Virus record (IMG/VR): IMGVR_UViG_3300022916_000637
Length of the DNA stretch: 33,570 nt
Source: a virus
Reading direction: 5' to 3' (one strand)
Made by a program: the position numbers and the translations under genes. The number at the start of each line of letters is the position of its first letter. Within the stretch, counting starts at the first letter, position 1. The notes beneath the pieces are model-generated. The model did no database searches. It worked only from the letters and a program-made list of their open reading frames with translations, and was not told where the DNA came from. This document shows, piece after piece, positions 25,905 to 33,570 of the stretch.

Positions 25905-26210
25905 GTGAATCTTAACATAAACAAAGTAATTATAGTGGGTAAGTTAGATAAAGACCCAAATATAGGTGAGACAAATAATGGAAAAACAGTAGCTAACTTA
26001 CTAGTTGTCACTGATGAAAGTTATACAAATATAGAGAAGGTAAAAGTTGAAAAATATGAGAGACATAAAATAGTAGCTTGGGGAAGACAAGCCGAATTGT
26101 GTAAAAATTTCAAAAAAGGTGACAAAGTATATATTGAAGGTAAAAATCAAACACGAAGAACAGATTCTAGCATAGTCACAGAGATTGTAGCTACGTTAGT
26201 TCAAAAATAG
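25905..26210 (+). CDS. ssb: Single-stranded DNA-binding protein, OB fold only (no acidic tail)
   Basis: NKVIIVGKL-x-KDP, VAWGRQAE, KGDKVYIEGK-x-QTR match bacterial SSB; only 101 aa; GTG start after AAGGAG. Confidence 0.85.
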   Translation: MNLNINKVIIVGKLDKDPNIGETNNGKTVANLLVVTDESYTNIEKVKVEKYERHKIVAWGRQAELCKNFKKGDKVYIEGKNQTRRTDSSIVTEIVATLVQK

Positions 26211-26216
26211 TATTAT

Positions 26217-26250
26217 TTTGGCGACCTGTAAAAGGGTCGTCAAATATTTT
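26217..26250 (+). terminator. Intrinsic terminator after ssb
   Basis: TTTGGCGACC (26217-26226) and GGTCGTCAAA (26235-26244), then a T run. Confidence 0.7.
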
Positions 26251-26269
26251 TAAAATTAGGAGAGTTCGC

Positions 26270-26824
26270 ATGGGAAAAGTAACCGTCTATCAATGTGATT
26301 CATGTGGATCTAATTACAAAAAACCTTCAGATGTGATAAATGTTAACGGTGACATATATGATGGTGATGGAAATATAATATATAATGGTGTTGAAGATGA
26401 GATTACTTGTATAAAATGTTTTGTAGAGAAACTTGAATTAGACTTACAAGAAGCTGAAAGTAATCATAAGAGTAAACAAAATGTTAATATTATAGAAGAA
26501 GATCTAACACTCAAAAATCTAAATGATTGTATTCTTTTAAAGAAGATATGTGACGAAAAAGATGAATCTGATTTTATACATTTTATTGGTCATGTCTCTA
26601 GAGATAGTTTTGAGAAAATTTATAGTAGTAGTTTAATTAAAAGCTATTACCCAATTGATTTTGATAGTTATGAAGATCTTAAAATTGAATCTTTTGATAA
26701 AGAAAAATCTATAAGTGTGATAAATAAAGTATTTGCTAGTGTTCCACAAATAAAGCAATTAAGAGCTTTATTATATGATCAAGAGAATCTTGCCGTTATT
26801 AATAAAAAAATATTTGAAGAGTAA
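26270..26824 (+). CDS. Acidic protein with N-terminal Zn ribbon
   Basis: CDSC ... CIKC; AGGAG RBS. Confidence 0.7.
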   Translation: MGKVTVYQCDSCGSNYKKPSDVINVNGDIYDGDGNIIYNGVEDEITCIKCFVEKLELDLQEAESNHKSKQNVNIIEEDLTLKNLNDCILLKKICDEKDESDFIHFIGHVSRDSFEKIYSSSLIKSYYPIDFDSYEDLKIESFDKEKSISVINKVFASVPQIKQLRALLYDQENLAVINKKIFEE

Positions 26825-28387
26825 TTGATTATGGCTAAAGCTAAATCTAGAAAGAAAACTCAGAATGTTAAGAAGAAAAAGAAGAAAAATATAAATTTCT
26901 TAGAATCACTCAAGTCAATCACTAAATGGATCAATAACTCTAATCGTAATGAAGAACAATTGGTTGGGTTAATTGAAAAATATGATATTAAAAATACTGT
27001 TGCTAAAAGAATATTAAGTTACAATTATGGATTTCCCTATATAATAAAGTATTTTAATACATATATGAATGATCTCTATAAATTTGATAGTTACGATACC
27101 AGACTTTTAATTAAATCTTTAGTGTATATAATGGAGATCAATAACCGTTGTAATAGTAAGATGTACATGTATATTAAATCAGCTACATTAAAAGACGACA
27201 TTAAGTTCACCATAAAGAAACTCATACATGATTACCTCTTAACTGTCCACAACATTGAATGTAATAGGCTTGACCTGAATATATACTATAAATTATTTAA
27301 AATGGGTGTTATTAAGGACGAAGATCTTTTAGAAATAGATAGGTTGCTTAATGGAGACAAACCATCTATTAAATCCTTTGACTTTATTAACTATAACGAT
27401 GTTGTAAAACCACCGCAAGAGCTGGATGAAAACCAGTTAAAAACATTAGGAACGTCAGACAAAAAAGAATTTGGTCCAGAAATAAATAGTTTTATTAGTA
27501 ACATCAAAGAAGCAAAAGCAAGTAGTGATTTATGTAAAACATGTTCTTTATATGCAAAACCAACAGTTATATTAGATAGTAATCTAAAAGAACCAGGTGA
27601 AGTCGATGTATGTTTCGTTGGTTTGAATCCTGGAAAAGCAGATATTGAAAAGGGATTACCATTTATTGGAGATTTAAGTGTTCGAAATATAATTAACCAG
27701 TTACCTAGAAGTATAACATGGACACTCTTCAATATTATTCCTTGTGAATCTTCAAATAAGAATGAAATCACTGGTGATATTATTACCAAGTGTCTAAATA
27801 TAACTTCTAAAATCTTTTCAACCTTTCCAACAAAGCTATATGTACCAATTGGTGATGAGGTTAAATCAACATTTGGTATTAAAAATAAAATTACTGCCGC
27901 TTCTGGAAAAGTATTTTCTCTAGAGAATAATGTCACAGTGATACCATTAATAAGCCCTAGTTCAATTTCACACAATAGTAAGAATAAAGCGATTTATGAA
28001 AAGAGTGTGAAAAATATTATAAAGTATATTAATCCTAATCCAGATGTTAGTAATGCTAATGCTAATAAGTATACCAAACCAGACGGTAAGAAATCATCAA
28101 CCATCATAGATAAAAGTATGACGGTTAAAGATGATAAAGACTTATTACTATTAGATATAAAGAAACTTGAAAACAATCAATTATTAATGATCTACACAGA
28201 TCTTGCCGGTAATAAAAAATATTTAATTAAACCGTATATGTTTCCGGTTTTGATTAAGAATGAAGACTGGAGTGAATGTAATATGATAACAGATAATATA
28301 TCCGACTCGTGTCAGTTAACTGATTGGGAGAAGATAAATGTGTCCAAGAAGTGTAATCAACTTCTAAAACAACTAGTGAGTATTTAG
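26825..28387 (+). CDS. Multidomain protein with central family-4 uracil-DNA-glycosylase-like domain
   Basis: CKTCSLY, CFVGLNPGKADIEKGLPFIG, FNIIPC...C, VPIG, IPLISPS align with UDG-F4 C-x2-C, GE(A/G)PG...G-x-PFVG, N-x3-C and HP motifs; likely start ATG 26831. Confidence 0.65.
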   Translation: MIMAKAKSRKKTQNVKKKKKKNINFLESLKSITKWINNSNRNEEQLVGLIEKYDIKNTVAKRILSYNYGFPYIIKYFNTYMNDLYKFDSYDTRLLIKSLVYIMEINNRCNSKMYMYIKSATLKDDIKFTIKKLIHDYLLTVHNIECNRLDLNIYYKLFKMGVIKDEDLLEIDRLLNGDKPSIKSFDFINYNDVVKPPQELDENQLKTLGTSDKKEFGPEINSFISNIKEAKASSDLCKTCSLYAKPTVILDSNLKEPGEVDVCFVGLNPGKADIEKGLPFIGDLSVRNIINQLPRSITWTLFNIIPCESSNKNEITGDIITKCLNITSKIFSTFPTKLYVPIGDEVKSTFGIKNKITAASGKVFSLENNVTVIPLISPSSISHNSKNKAIYEKSVKNIIKYINPNPDVSNANANKYTKPDGKKSSTIIDKSMTVKDDKDLLLLDIKKLENNQLLMIYTDLAGNKKYLIKPYMFPVLIKNEDWSECNMITDNISDSCQLTDWEKINVSKKCNQLLKQLVSI

Positions 28388-28389
28388 CT

Positions 28390-29724
28390 GTGTGGACATT
28401 TATTAAGAAAGAATCTTATGATGATTTTATAAATCAATACCAGATGTTAGGAGACTTTGCAGAAGAACTTATATTACTAGAGACTGATGATGCTTATTTC
28501 TTACCAAGACTTTTTGCAAAAAATTATCCTAATAAGCATTTACAAATATTTAGTGGTAATCAAGATCAATTTCAACCAGCAGAGATTAAAAATATTGAAT
28601 TCACAGGTAAATTGAGAGATGAACAAGTAAGTATAATAAATATTTTAGCTAAATCATATAACGCTAATGATTGTCTGAATGGAATTGTCAAAGCAAGACC
28701 TGGAATTGGCAAAACAGTTATGGCTATATATTTAGCAGCCCAACTTAAAATTAAAACATTGATTATTGTAGATAATCAAAATCTTATGAAACAATGGATC
28801 CAAGCCATACTCGACTTCACAAATTTTAGTACTAAAGATATTGGTATAATTCAAAAGAAAGCTTTTGGAGTAGACAAAGATATTATTATTGGTATGGCTC
28901 AGACTTTACTTCGAAAAGTGAAATCAAATATACAAGAAAATTTTAAAATAATTGATAAAGCTAAAATAGGTCTAGTAATTTATGATGAAGTTCATGCTAC
29001 TAGTTCAGCTCCGGTTTTCTCAAAGGTGTCGTTATTGTTTAGAACAAAAAATATAGTTGGACTATCAGCTACACCATTTCAAACTGGATTTGCAGAAATA
29101 CTGATGAAAAATTCAGTTGGTGAAATAATTTCAGATTCAAAAAATTATGATACTAAACCTGAATACCGCTTGATCAATTACAAGAGTGAATTAGATAATA
29201 AGAAAATATATGTAATGAATCAAATGAATGATTATCTTAGAAAGAAATCGTTCTATAATAAAGTTATTGTTAGTAGCCCTAATTATCTAAATATAATTGT
29301 TAATCAAGCACGTAAGATGGTAACTGAAGGTCATAGAATTATGATCTTGTGTTTCACAAAAATTCAAGTAACTACAATATCTGAATTGTTGACTGAGCGT
29401 GGAATAGAAAATACAATGTTCTATGGTGATCAACGTGAAATTACTTACAAAGAAAAAGTGCTTGTGGCGACATATTCTTATGCTGGGAAGGGCTTTGATT
29501 ACAAAGAATTAAGCTGTTTAATTTTAGCTTGTCCTTTAGCTGGAAAAAAGTCATTGATACAAGTTGTAGGTCGAATTTTACGTAGAGATTTAAACAAATT
29601 AAATCCAGTTGTAATAGATCTTGCCGATCTTTCAGTGCCAGGTTTTACTGTTCCGGAAATAAGAATGAAGCGTAAAGTAATTTCAGATGAATTCTCATGT
29701 AAAATTATTGATGAATATCTTTAG
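28390..29724 (+). CDS. SF2 helicase (UvsW / XPB-Ssl2-like)
   Basis: ARPGIGKT, YDEVH, GLSATP, YAGKGFD, QVVGRILR. Confidence 0.88.
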   Translation: MWTFIKKESYDDFINQYQMLGDFAEELILLETDDAYFLPRLFAKNYPNKHLQIFSGNQDQFQPAEIKNIEFTGKLRDEQVSIINILAKSYNANDCLNGIVKARPGIGKTVMAIYLAAQLKIKTLIIVDNQNLMKQWIQAILDFTNFSTKDIGIIQKKAFGVDKDIIIGMAQTLLRKVKSNIQENFKIIDKAKIGLVIYDEVHATSSAPVFSKVSLLFRTKNIVGLSATPFQTGFAEILMKNSVGEIISDSKNYDTKPEYRLINYKSELDNKKIYVMNQMNDYLRKKSFYNKVIVSSPNYLNIIVNQARKMVTEGHRIMILCFTKIQVTTISELLTERGIENTMFYGDQREITYKEKVLVATYSYAGKGFDYKELSCLILACPLAGKKSLIQVVGRILRRDLNKLNPVVIDLADLSVPGFTVPEIRMKRKVISDEFSCKIIDEYL

Positions 29725-29729
29725 AATTT

Positions 29730-29960
29730 TCTTGGTAGTAGCATGATGAAATCGTAGACATGCCATTAGGTTACAGCACCGGTGATGGTGGTTGAGCTAG
29801 AGTTTAGTCCACTTCGGTTAGAGACCTTCTGCACCAGGACCACGCAAGGCACACATACAGCGTGAATGGTTAAGCACCAGTAGCTGAGGGGTGAGAGCTC
29901 TGTTGAAAGCTATTAAGCAGAAAAATACCACTAGTGGGAGTAACGTCCCGCCTACCAAGA
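29730..29960 (+). ncRNA. Candidate structured non-coding RNA or cis-regulatory RNA (~230 nt), family not recognised
   Basis: 112/230 G+C counted (~49%) against an AT-rich background; no ORF on the + strand; ends pair (TCTTGGTAG 29730-38 / CTACCAAGA 29952-60); several internal stems; followed by a terminator. Confidence 0.7.
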
Positions 29961-29965
29961 TTTAT

Positions 29966-30005
29966 AAATTACTGGTGAGCATATACCAAGTCACCAGTAA
30001 TTTTT
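29966..30005 (+). terminator. Intrinsic terminator
   Basis: Perfect 13-bp inverted repeat AAATTACTGGTGA / TCACCAGTAATTT running into a T tract. Confidence 0.8.
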
Positions 30006-30053
30006 AACAGGAGACACAGATTAAATGTACAAAATAATTAGTGAAATTAAATT

Positions 30054-30626
30054 ATGAAAGATTATAGAATTACAGTAAAAATCAAAAATAATTATATGTT
30101 AAAAGCAATGGAGAAAGCTGGATTTTATAGTGGTGCAAGTCTTTCAAAAGCATCAAATGTTGGTCAAACACCAATAAGTTATTTTTTAAATTTAAAAAAA
30201 CCAGCTTATAATCTAGATGGTACTTTTAAAAAAGATGTATTAAAAATATCTAAGACTTTAAAAGTTTTACCAGAAGATCTGTTTCCACCACAACATTTAA
30301 TAAATCCTTTAGAAATTAATAAAGCAGAAGTTGAAGCAGATTTTGAAGAGATAAAACAAATTACTTCATCACAAAAGACACCATACGATCAAATTGTATT
30401 AGAAGAAAATTGTAAATTAGTGAATGATGTTGTCTCACGTTTAACAAAAGTAGAACAAGATGTTATTAATCGACGATTTGGATTAAATGATGAAGATAAG
30501 TGTACACTTAATGAAATTAGTAGGGATTATGAATGTAGCAGACAACGAATACAACAAATAAAAAATCGCGCTTTACAAAAACTTAAAGAAGAAGATGAAC
30601 TTAGATCTAGTTATGAAACGCAATAA
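30054..30626 (+). CDS. XRE-like HTH fused to a sigma-70 region-4-like domain
   Basis: C-terminus LTKVEQDVINRRFGL...TLNEISRDYECSRQRIQQIKNRALQKLK matches RpoD region 4; N-terminus SLSKASNVGQTPISYFLN...L-x-V-x-PEDLF is XRE-like; no region 2. Confidence 0.7.
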   Translation: MKDYRITVKIKNNYMLKAMEKAGFYSGASLSKASNVGQTPISYFLNLKKPAYNLDGTFKKDVLKISKTLKVLPEDLFPPQHLINPLEINKAEVEADFEEIKQITSSQKTPYDQIVLEENCKLVNDVVSRLTKVEQDVINRRFGLNDEDKCTLNEISRDYECSRQRIQQIKNRALQKLKEEDELRSSYETQ

Positions 30627-30635
30627 GGAATTAAA

Positions 30636-32561
30636 ATGGAACCTTCTTTAACACAAAAAAATGCAATTGAATATTTAGATGGTCCTTGCATAATATCTGC
30701 CGGTGCGGGAAGTGGTAAAACATTTACACTAATAAATAAGTTTATGTATCTTGTAAATAAAGGCTATAATCCAGAAAGAATATTATGTTTTACTTTTACA
30801 AATAAAGCAGCTACAGAACTTAAAGAAAGAATTATTAAATTTAGTAATGTTAACTGGTGGGATATTAAATGGGTTCGTACTATACATTCCGCTTGTCTTC
30901 AAATGTTAAAACCATATGTACATAAAATAAATTATTTAGAAAATGTTTCTATTTATTCTGCTTCCGAACAAAGAAAAATAATTAGAGAAATTTTAATAGG
31001 TCATAAATTAAATGCTAAAAAGTTTACAATGCCTTTATCTAAATTAATTTCAGACGCTAAAGATAATACAGATCCTCATGAATATATAAATAAAGTAAGA
31101 CTTAAAAAATACGAAATCATACAACAAGAACTTTTACCAATCTTTCAACATGATCGTGAAATATTAATTGATATATTTAATCAATATCGTTATGTTTTAA
31201 AAAGAAATAACGCTATTGATTATGATGACATCTTATTTTATACACTTCATTTATTAATTACTGATGAAGAATTTAAAAATGAATATAAAAACTATTTTCA
31301 ATATATTCTAGTTGATGAATTTCAAGATATTAATAACACTCAATACCAAATTATTATAAATTTAACTGATTGTTGTAAAAATCTAACCATAGTTGGGGAT
31401 GATTTCCAATCTATTTTTGGATGGCGCGGCGCTAAACCAGAATTTTTTATAGATGCTAAAGATAAAATCGAAGACTCTAAATTATTTAAATTAGAAGAAA
31501 ATTATAGATCTTCAACTAATATAGTTAACATGTCTAATGATATTATTAAGAAAAACACAAATCAAATTCCAAAAGTTTGTTATTCTAATATTATATCAGA
31601 TATTAAACCTATTATAATTAAATTTAAAAATGATGAACTTGAAGCCGATAATATTGCAAAAATTTGCTTATATTATGTTGATCAAATTAAATGTACATTT
31701 GATGATATCGCTATACTATATCGAGCTAAATTTATATCTAGAGCAATCGAAAAAGCATTAACGAATTTAGGAATACCTTATACCATTATAGGATCAGTTG
31801 CTTTCTTTGAAAGACGAGAAATTAAAGATATAATGGCTTATATTAAATTTGCATTTAACATTAATGATACAGAAGCTTTTGCTAGATCAATCAATGTTCC
31901 TAAACGTGGTATTGGAAAAGGTACAATACAAAAAATTTTAAATCAAACTGGTGATAATGTTATACGAAAAATTAAAAACTTTACATATAGTACAAAAATC
32001 AATTCTCGAATTTATCAAAACATATCTAAATATTATAAAATCATATTAAGTATAATTGATAACAATCCATCAGATAGTATAAATCTAATTTTAAAAGAAA
32101 TTAATTTTGATGATGAATTAAGATCAATGTCTGTAGATGATGAAGATTATGTAGATCGTAAAGAAAATATTAATGAATTACTTAAATTTGCTAGTAAATT
32201 TCAAACTATATCAGATTTTATAAATGAAAGTTCATTAATGACATCAGAAGATCAAAACAATAATGTTGAAAAAGTCAAACTAATGACAGTTCATTCGGCA
32301 AAAGGTTTAGAGTTTAAAATAGTGTTTATTATTGGATTAGAAGATGGATTATTCCCTCACTGGAAATCATTAAAGTCTGATTGTGAATTAAAAACAACAA
32401 AACATCTTGAAGAAGAAAGAAGATTATTCTATGTTGCGACAACACGCAGTAAAGAAATATTAAATATGACAACGGTTGAGAAAAGAACTTGTAGTTTTAG
32501 TGGGAAAAGAAGTAGATTTTTAAATGAAATCAATAGTCACTGTAAAATTTTGAGTGTATAG
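30636..32561 (+). CDS. uvrD: UvrD/PcrA/Rep SF1 DNA helicase
   Basis: SAGAGSGKT, TFTNKAA, VDEFQD, VGDDFQSIFGWRGA, LEENYRS, MTVHSAKGLEF, EERRLFYVATTR; ends without the PcrA/UvrD C-terminal extension. Confidence 0.93.
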   Translation: MEPSLTQKNAIEYLDGPCIISAGAGSGKTFTLINKFMYLVNKGYNPERILCFTFTNKAATELKERIIKFSNVNWWDIKWVRTIHSACLQMLKPYVHKINYLENVSIYSASEQRKIIREILIGHKLNAKKFTMPLSKLISDAKDNTDPHEYINKVRLKKYEIIQQELLPIFQHDREILIDIFNQYRYVLKRNNAIDYDDILFYTLHLLITDEEFKNEYKNYFQYILVDEFQDINNTQYQIIINLTDCCKNLTIVGDDFQSIFGWRGAKPEFFIDAKDKIEDSKLFKLEENYRSSTNIVNMSNDIIKKNTNQIPKVCYSNIISDIKPIIIKFKNDELEADNIAKICLYYVDQIKCTFDDIAILYRAKFISRAIEKALTNLGIPYTIIGSVAFFERREIKDIMAYIKFAFNINDTEAFARSINVPKRGIGKGTIQKILNQTGDNVIRKIKNFTYSTKINSRIYQNISKYYKIILSIIDNNPSDSINLILKEINFDDELRSMSVDDEDYVDRKENINELLKFASKFQTISDFINESSLMTSEDQNNNVEKVKLMTVHSAKGLEFKIVFIIGLEDGLFPHWKSLKSDCELKTTKHLEEERRLFYVATTRSKEILNMTTVEKRTCSFSGKRSRFLNEINSHCKILSV

Positions 32562-32695
32562 ATTTTACATAATTGTGTTAAGTACTTAACGGAGCATAAT
32601 GGAAAAATCAATTGAAGAACTTCGAAAAGAATACGAAGCAAAAAGAAGAGAGTATGGTGATCCAGGTAATCTAAAAATCAAAGGATTTATACCTC

Positions 32696-32932
32696 TTGAT
32701 AAAGGAGAAAATTATGAATGTAACACATCATTTGAGAATATATGCAAGAGACCATGATAATTCAAATATTGAATGTTTATGTGATAGAGTTTCTGGTATT
32801 TTAATTATTTCAAGTATTCTTCATCATAAACTAGAAGAAAGATACTTTGTTGAATTTAGAGATCTTCTTAATCAACAAGATGAAAAACTTAAAGGTTATA
32901 CAAGAGACGGATCTTGTTATTATACAAAATAA
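32696..32932 (+). CDS. Hypothetical protein (likely start ATG 32714)
   Basis: ORF track; AAGGAG at ~32702-32707. Confidence 0.55.
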   Translation: MIKEKIMNVTHHLRIYARDHDNSNIECLCDRVSGILIISSILHHKLEERYFVEFRDLLNQQDEKLKGYTRDGSCYYTK

Positions 32933-32942
32933 AGGTAATATT

Positions 32943-33335
32943 ATGCAAATACAAGACGAAGTTATTGAATTTTGTCCCGAAGTTCAAGGAAATTGTATTG
33001 GACCCGAATGTGCTGCATTTTCTAACAGAATGAAAATGCTATCAAATGTGACACCACTATTACATAAATTAAATTCTAATTTTGATATTGAAGAACCAAT
33101 CCCTTTAGTAATATATATAAATGCTTATCATTGCCAGAAGTATCATAAATTTCTAGATTATGAATCAATGAGTATTGTTGAACATTTAAATCTAGAGTTT
33201 GAAGAAGAAATTGAAACTAAATCTAAAGAACTAGGAGAAACTGATGAAAAAAGCACATGCGATTCCTGTAGTAGGAACAATAGAAAAGAGACAACTGTCA
33301 AAACTAAAAAGAAAAAGAGGACTGATGTATCTTAA
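32943..33335 (+). CDS. Hypothetical Cys-containing protein
   Basis: Track ORF 32847-33335; ATG 32943 avoids overlap with the previous gene; FCP-x5-C-x4-C motif. Confidence 0.65.
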   Translation: MQIQDEVIEFCPEVQGNCIGPECAAFSNRMKMLSNVTPLLHKLNSNFDIEEPIPLVIYINAYHCQKYHKFLDYESMSIVEHLNLEFEEEIETKSKELGETDEKSTCDSCSRNNRKETTVKTKKKKRTDVS

Positions 33336-33459
33336 GAGTAAAGACATTGATCCTGTAAAAAATTGTCAAAAGAATGATCCACTATTTCATGTTAAAGGTA
33401 TTGAAAGACATTTAAAGCTAAATACTAAAAAGCGCCCAAAATTTAATTGGGAAAAGTAG
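33325..33459 (+). CDS. Small hypothetical protein (44 aa)
   Basis: Internal ATG of track ORF 33244-33459, overlapping the previous stop. Confidence 0.35.
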   Translation: MYLKSKDIDPVKNCQKNDPLFHVKGIERHLKLNTKKRPKFNWEK

Positions 33460-33471
33460 GTCAAATCAAGA

Positions 33472-33535
33472 TACTCCAGTTACAATTATGTAGCTGGAGT
33501 AATTTTATTTTCTCTATTTTTATATAGAAATAATA
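33472..33535 (+). promoter_or_regulatory. Terminator hairpin + TATAGAAATAATA putative promoter, copy 5
   Basis: TACTCCAGTTACA-ATTA-TGTAGCTGGAGTA (33472-33501), then ATTTTATTTTCTCTATTTTTA and TATAGAAATAATA (33523-33535). Confidence 0.75.
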
Positions 33536-33570
33536 AAGTATATCTATTATTTTAAAACGTTCAAGAAAGG

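Noticed and set aside
982-28176. All minus-strand ORFs in the track (e.g. 982-1248, 2419-2607, 13062-13877, 14658-14942, 24415-24789, 25316-25552, 27391-27975)
   Set aside because: They lie antisense to well-supported + strand genes or RBS-bearing small ORFs, lack convincing RBSs, and have shadow-like composition.
29730-29960. Canonical tRNA, tmRNA, RNase P RNA or group I intron call for the GC-rich island
   Set aside because: No TTCRA T-loop or anticodon arm of normal size, no tmRNA tag ORF or GGGG 5' end, RNase P GAGGAAAGTCC only partly matched (GAGTTTAGTCC), and the group I R- and S-like words occur in the wrong order.
445-30610. Isolated AGATCT hexamers inside coding regions (e.g. near 445, 1784, 7186, 8379, 30603) as further leader motifs
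   Set aside because: They lack the upstream TAAAACGT half, and such hexamers are expected by chance in AT-rich DNA.
30054-30626. Full sigma-70 factor
   Set aside because: Only region 4 is recognisable; no region 2 is present, so it cannot be called a complete sigma factor.
1-33570. Alternative genetic code (stop-codon reassignment), as seen in some large phages
   Set aside because: Conserved genes (queC, topoisomerase subunits, uvrD) are full length under code 11, and TAA, TAG and TGA all end genes at sensible positions.

Overview
AT-rich window (roughly 27-28% GC by eye) with densely packed genes. Every credible gene is on the + strand with AGGAG-type ribosome-binding sites, and many stop/start codons overlap. 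This organisation and gene content best fit part of a large (jumbo-type) bacteriophage or similar large viral element; no structural genes are in the window, so that assignment is an inference. Recognisable genes are mostly for DNA metabolism: queC and queD (7-deazaguanine precursor synthesis), a Zn-finger/TOPRIM primase, type IIA topoisomerase A and B subunits about 12.7 kb apart, a clamp-loader ATPase, an HNH endonuclease, a short SSB, a uracil-DNA-glycosylase-like domain protein, two SF2 helicases, a UvrD/PcrA helicase, a radical SAM enzyme and an XRE-HTH/sigma-region-4 fusion. Dozens of small hypothetical ORFs lie between them. Main things the ORF track does not show: (i) a ~230-nt, ~49% GC structured RNA candidate (29730-29960) with a possible antiterminator for the terminator that follows it; (ii) a four-gene module (12484-17241) bounded by near-identical terminator+promoter units, encoding an SF2 helicase with eight tandem ~57-aa repeats (conserved scaffold, hypervariable helix), an MTase-fold protein and a radical SAM enzyme; (iii) five copies of a hairpin+TATAGAAATAATA unit; (iv) four copies of a TAAAACGT-N6/7-(A/C)GATCT leader, three of them spacing a ~205-nt-period array of small genes; (v) a gene split by a frameshift at an A7 run; (vi) a GyrA-like quinolone-binding region with Leu and Gly at the E. 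coli 83 and 87 positions. All functional calls come from motif reading only; no searches were run.
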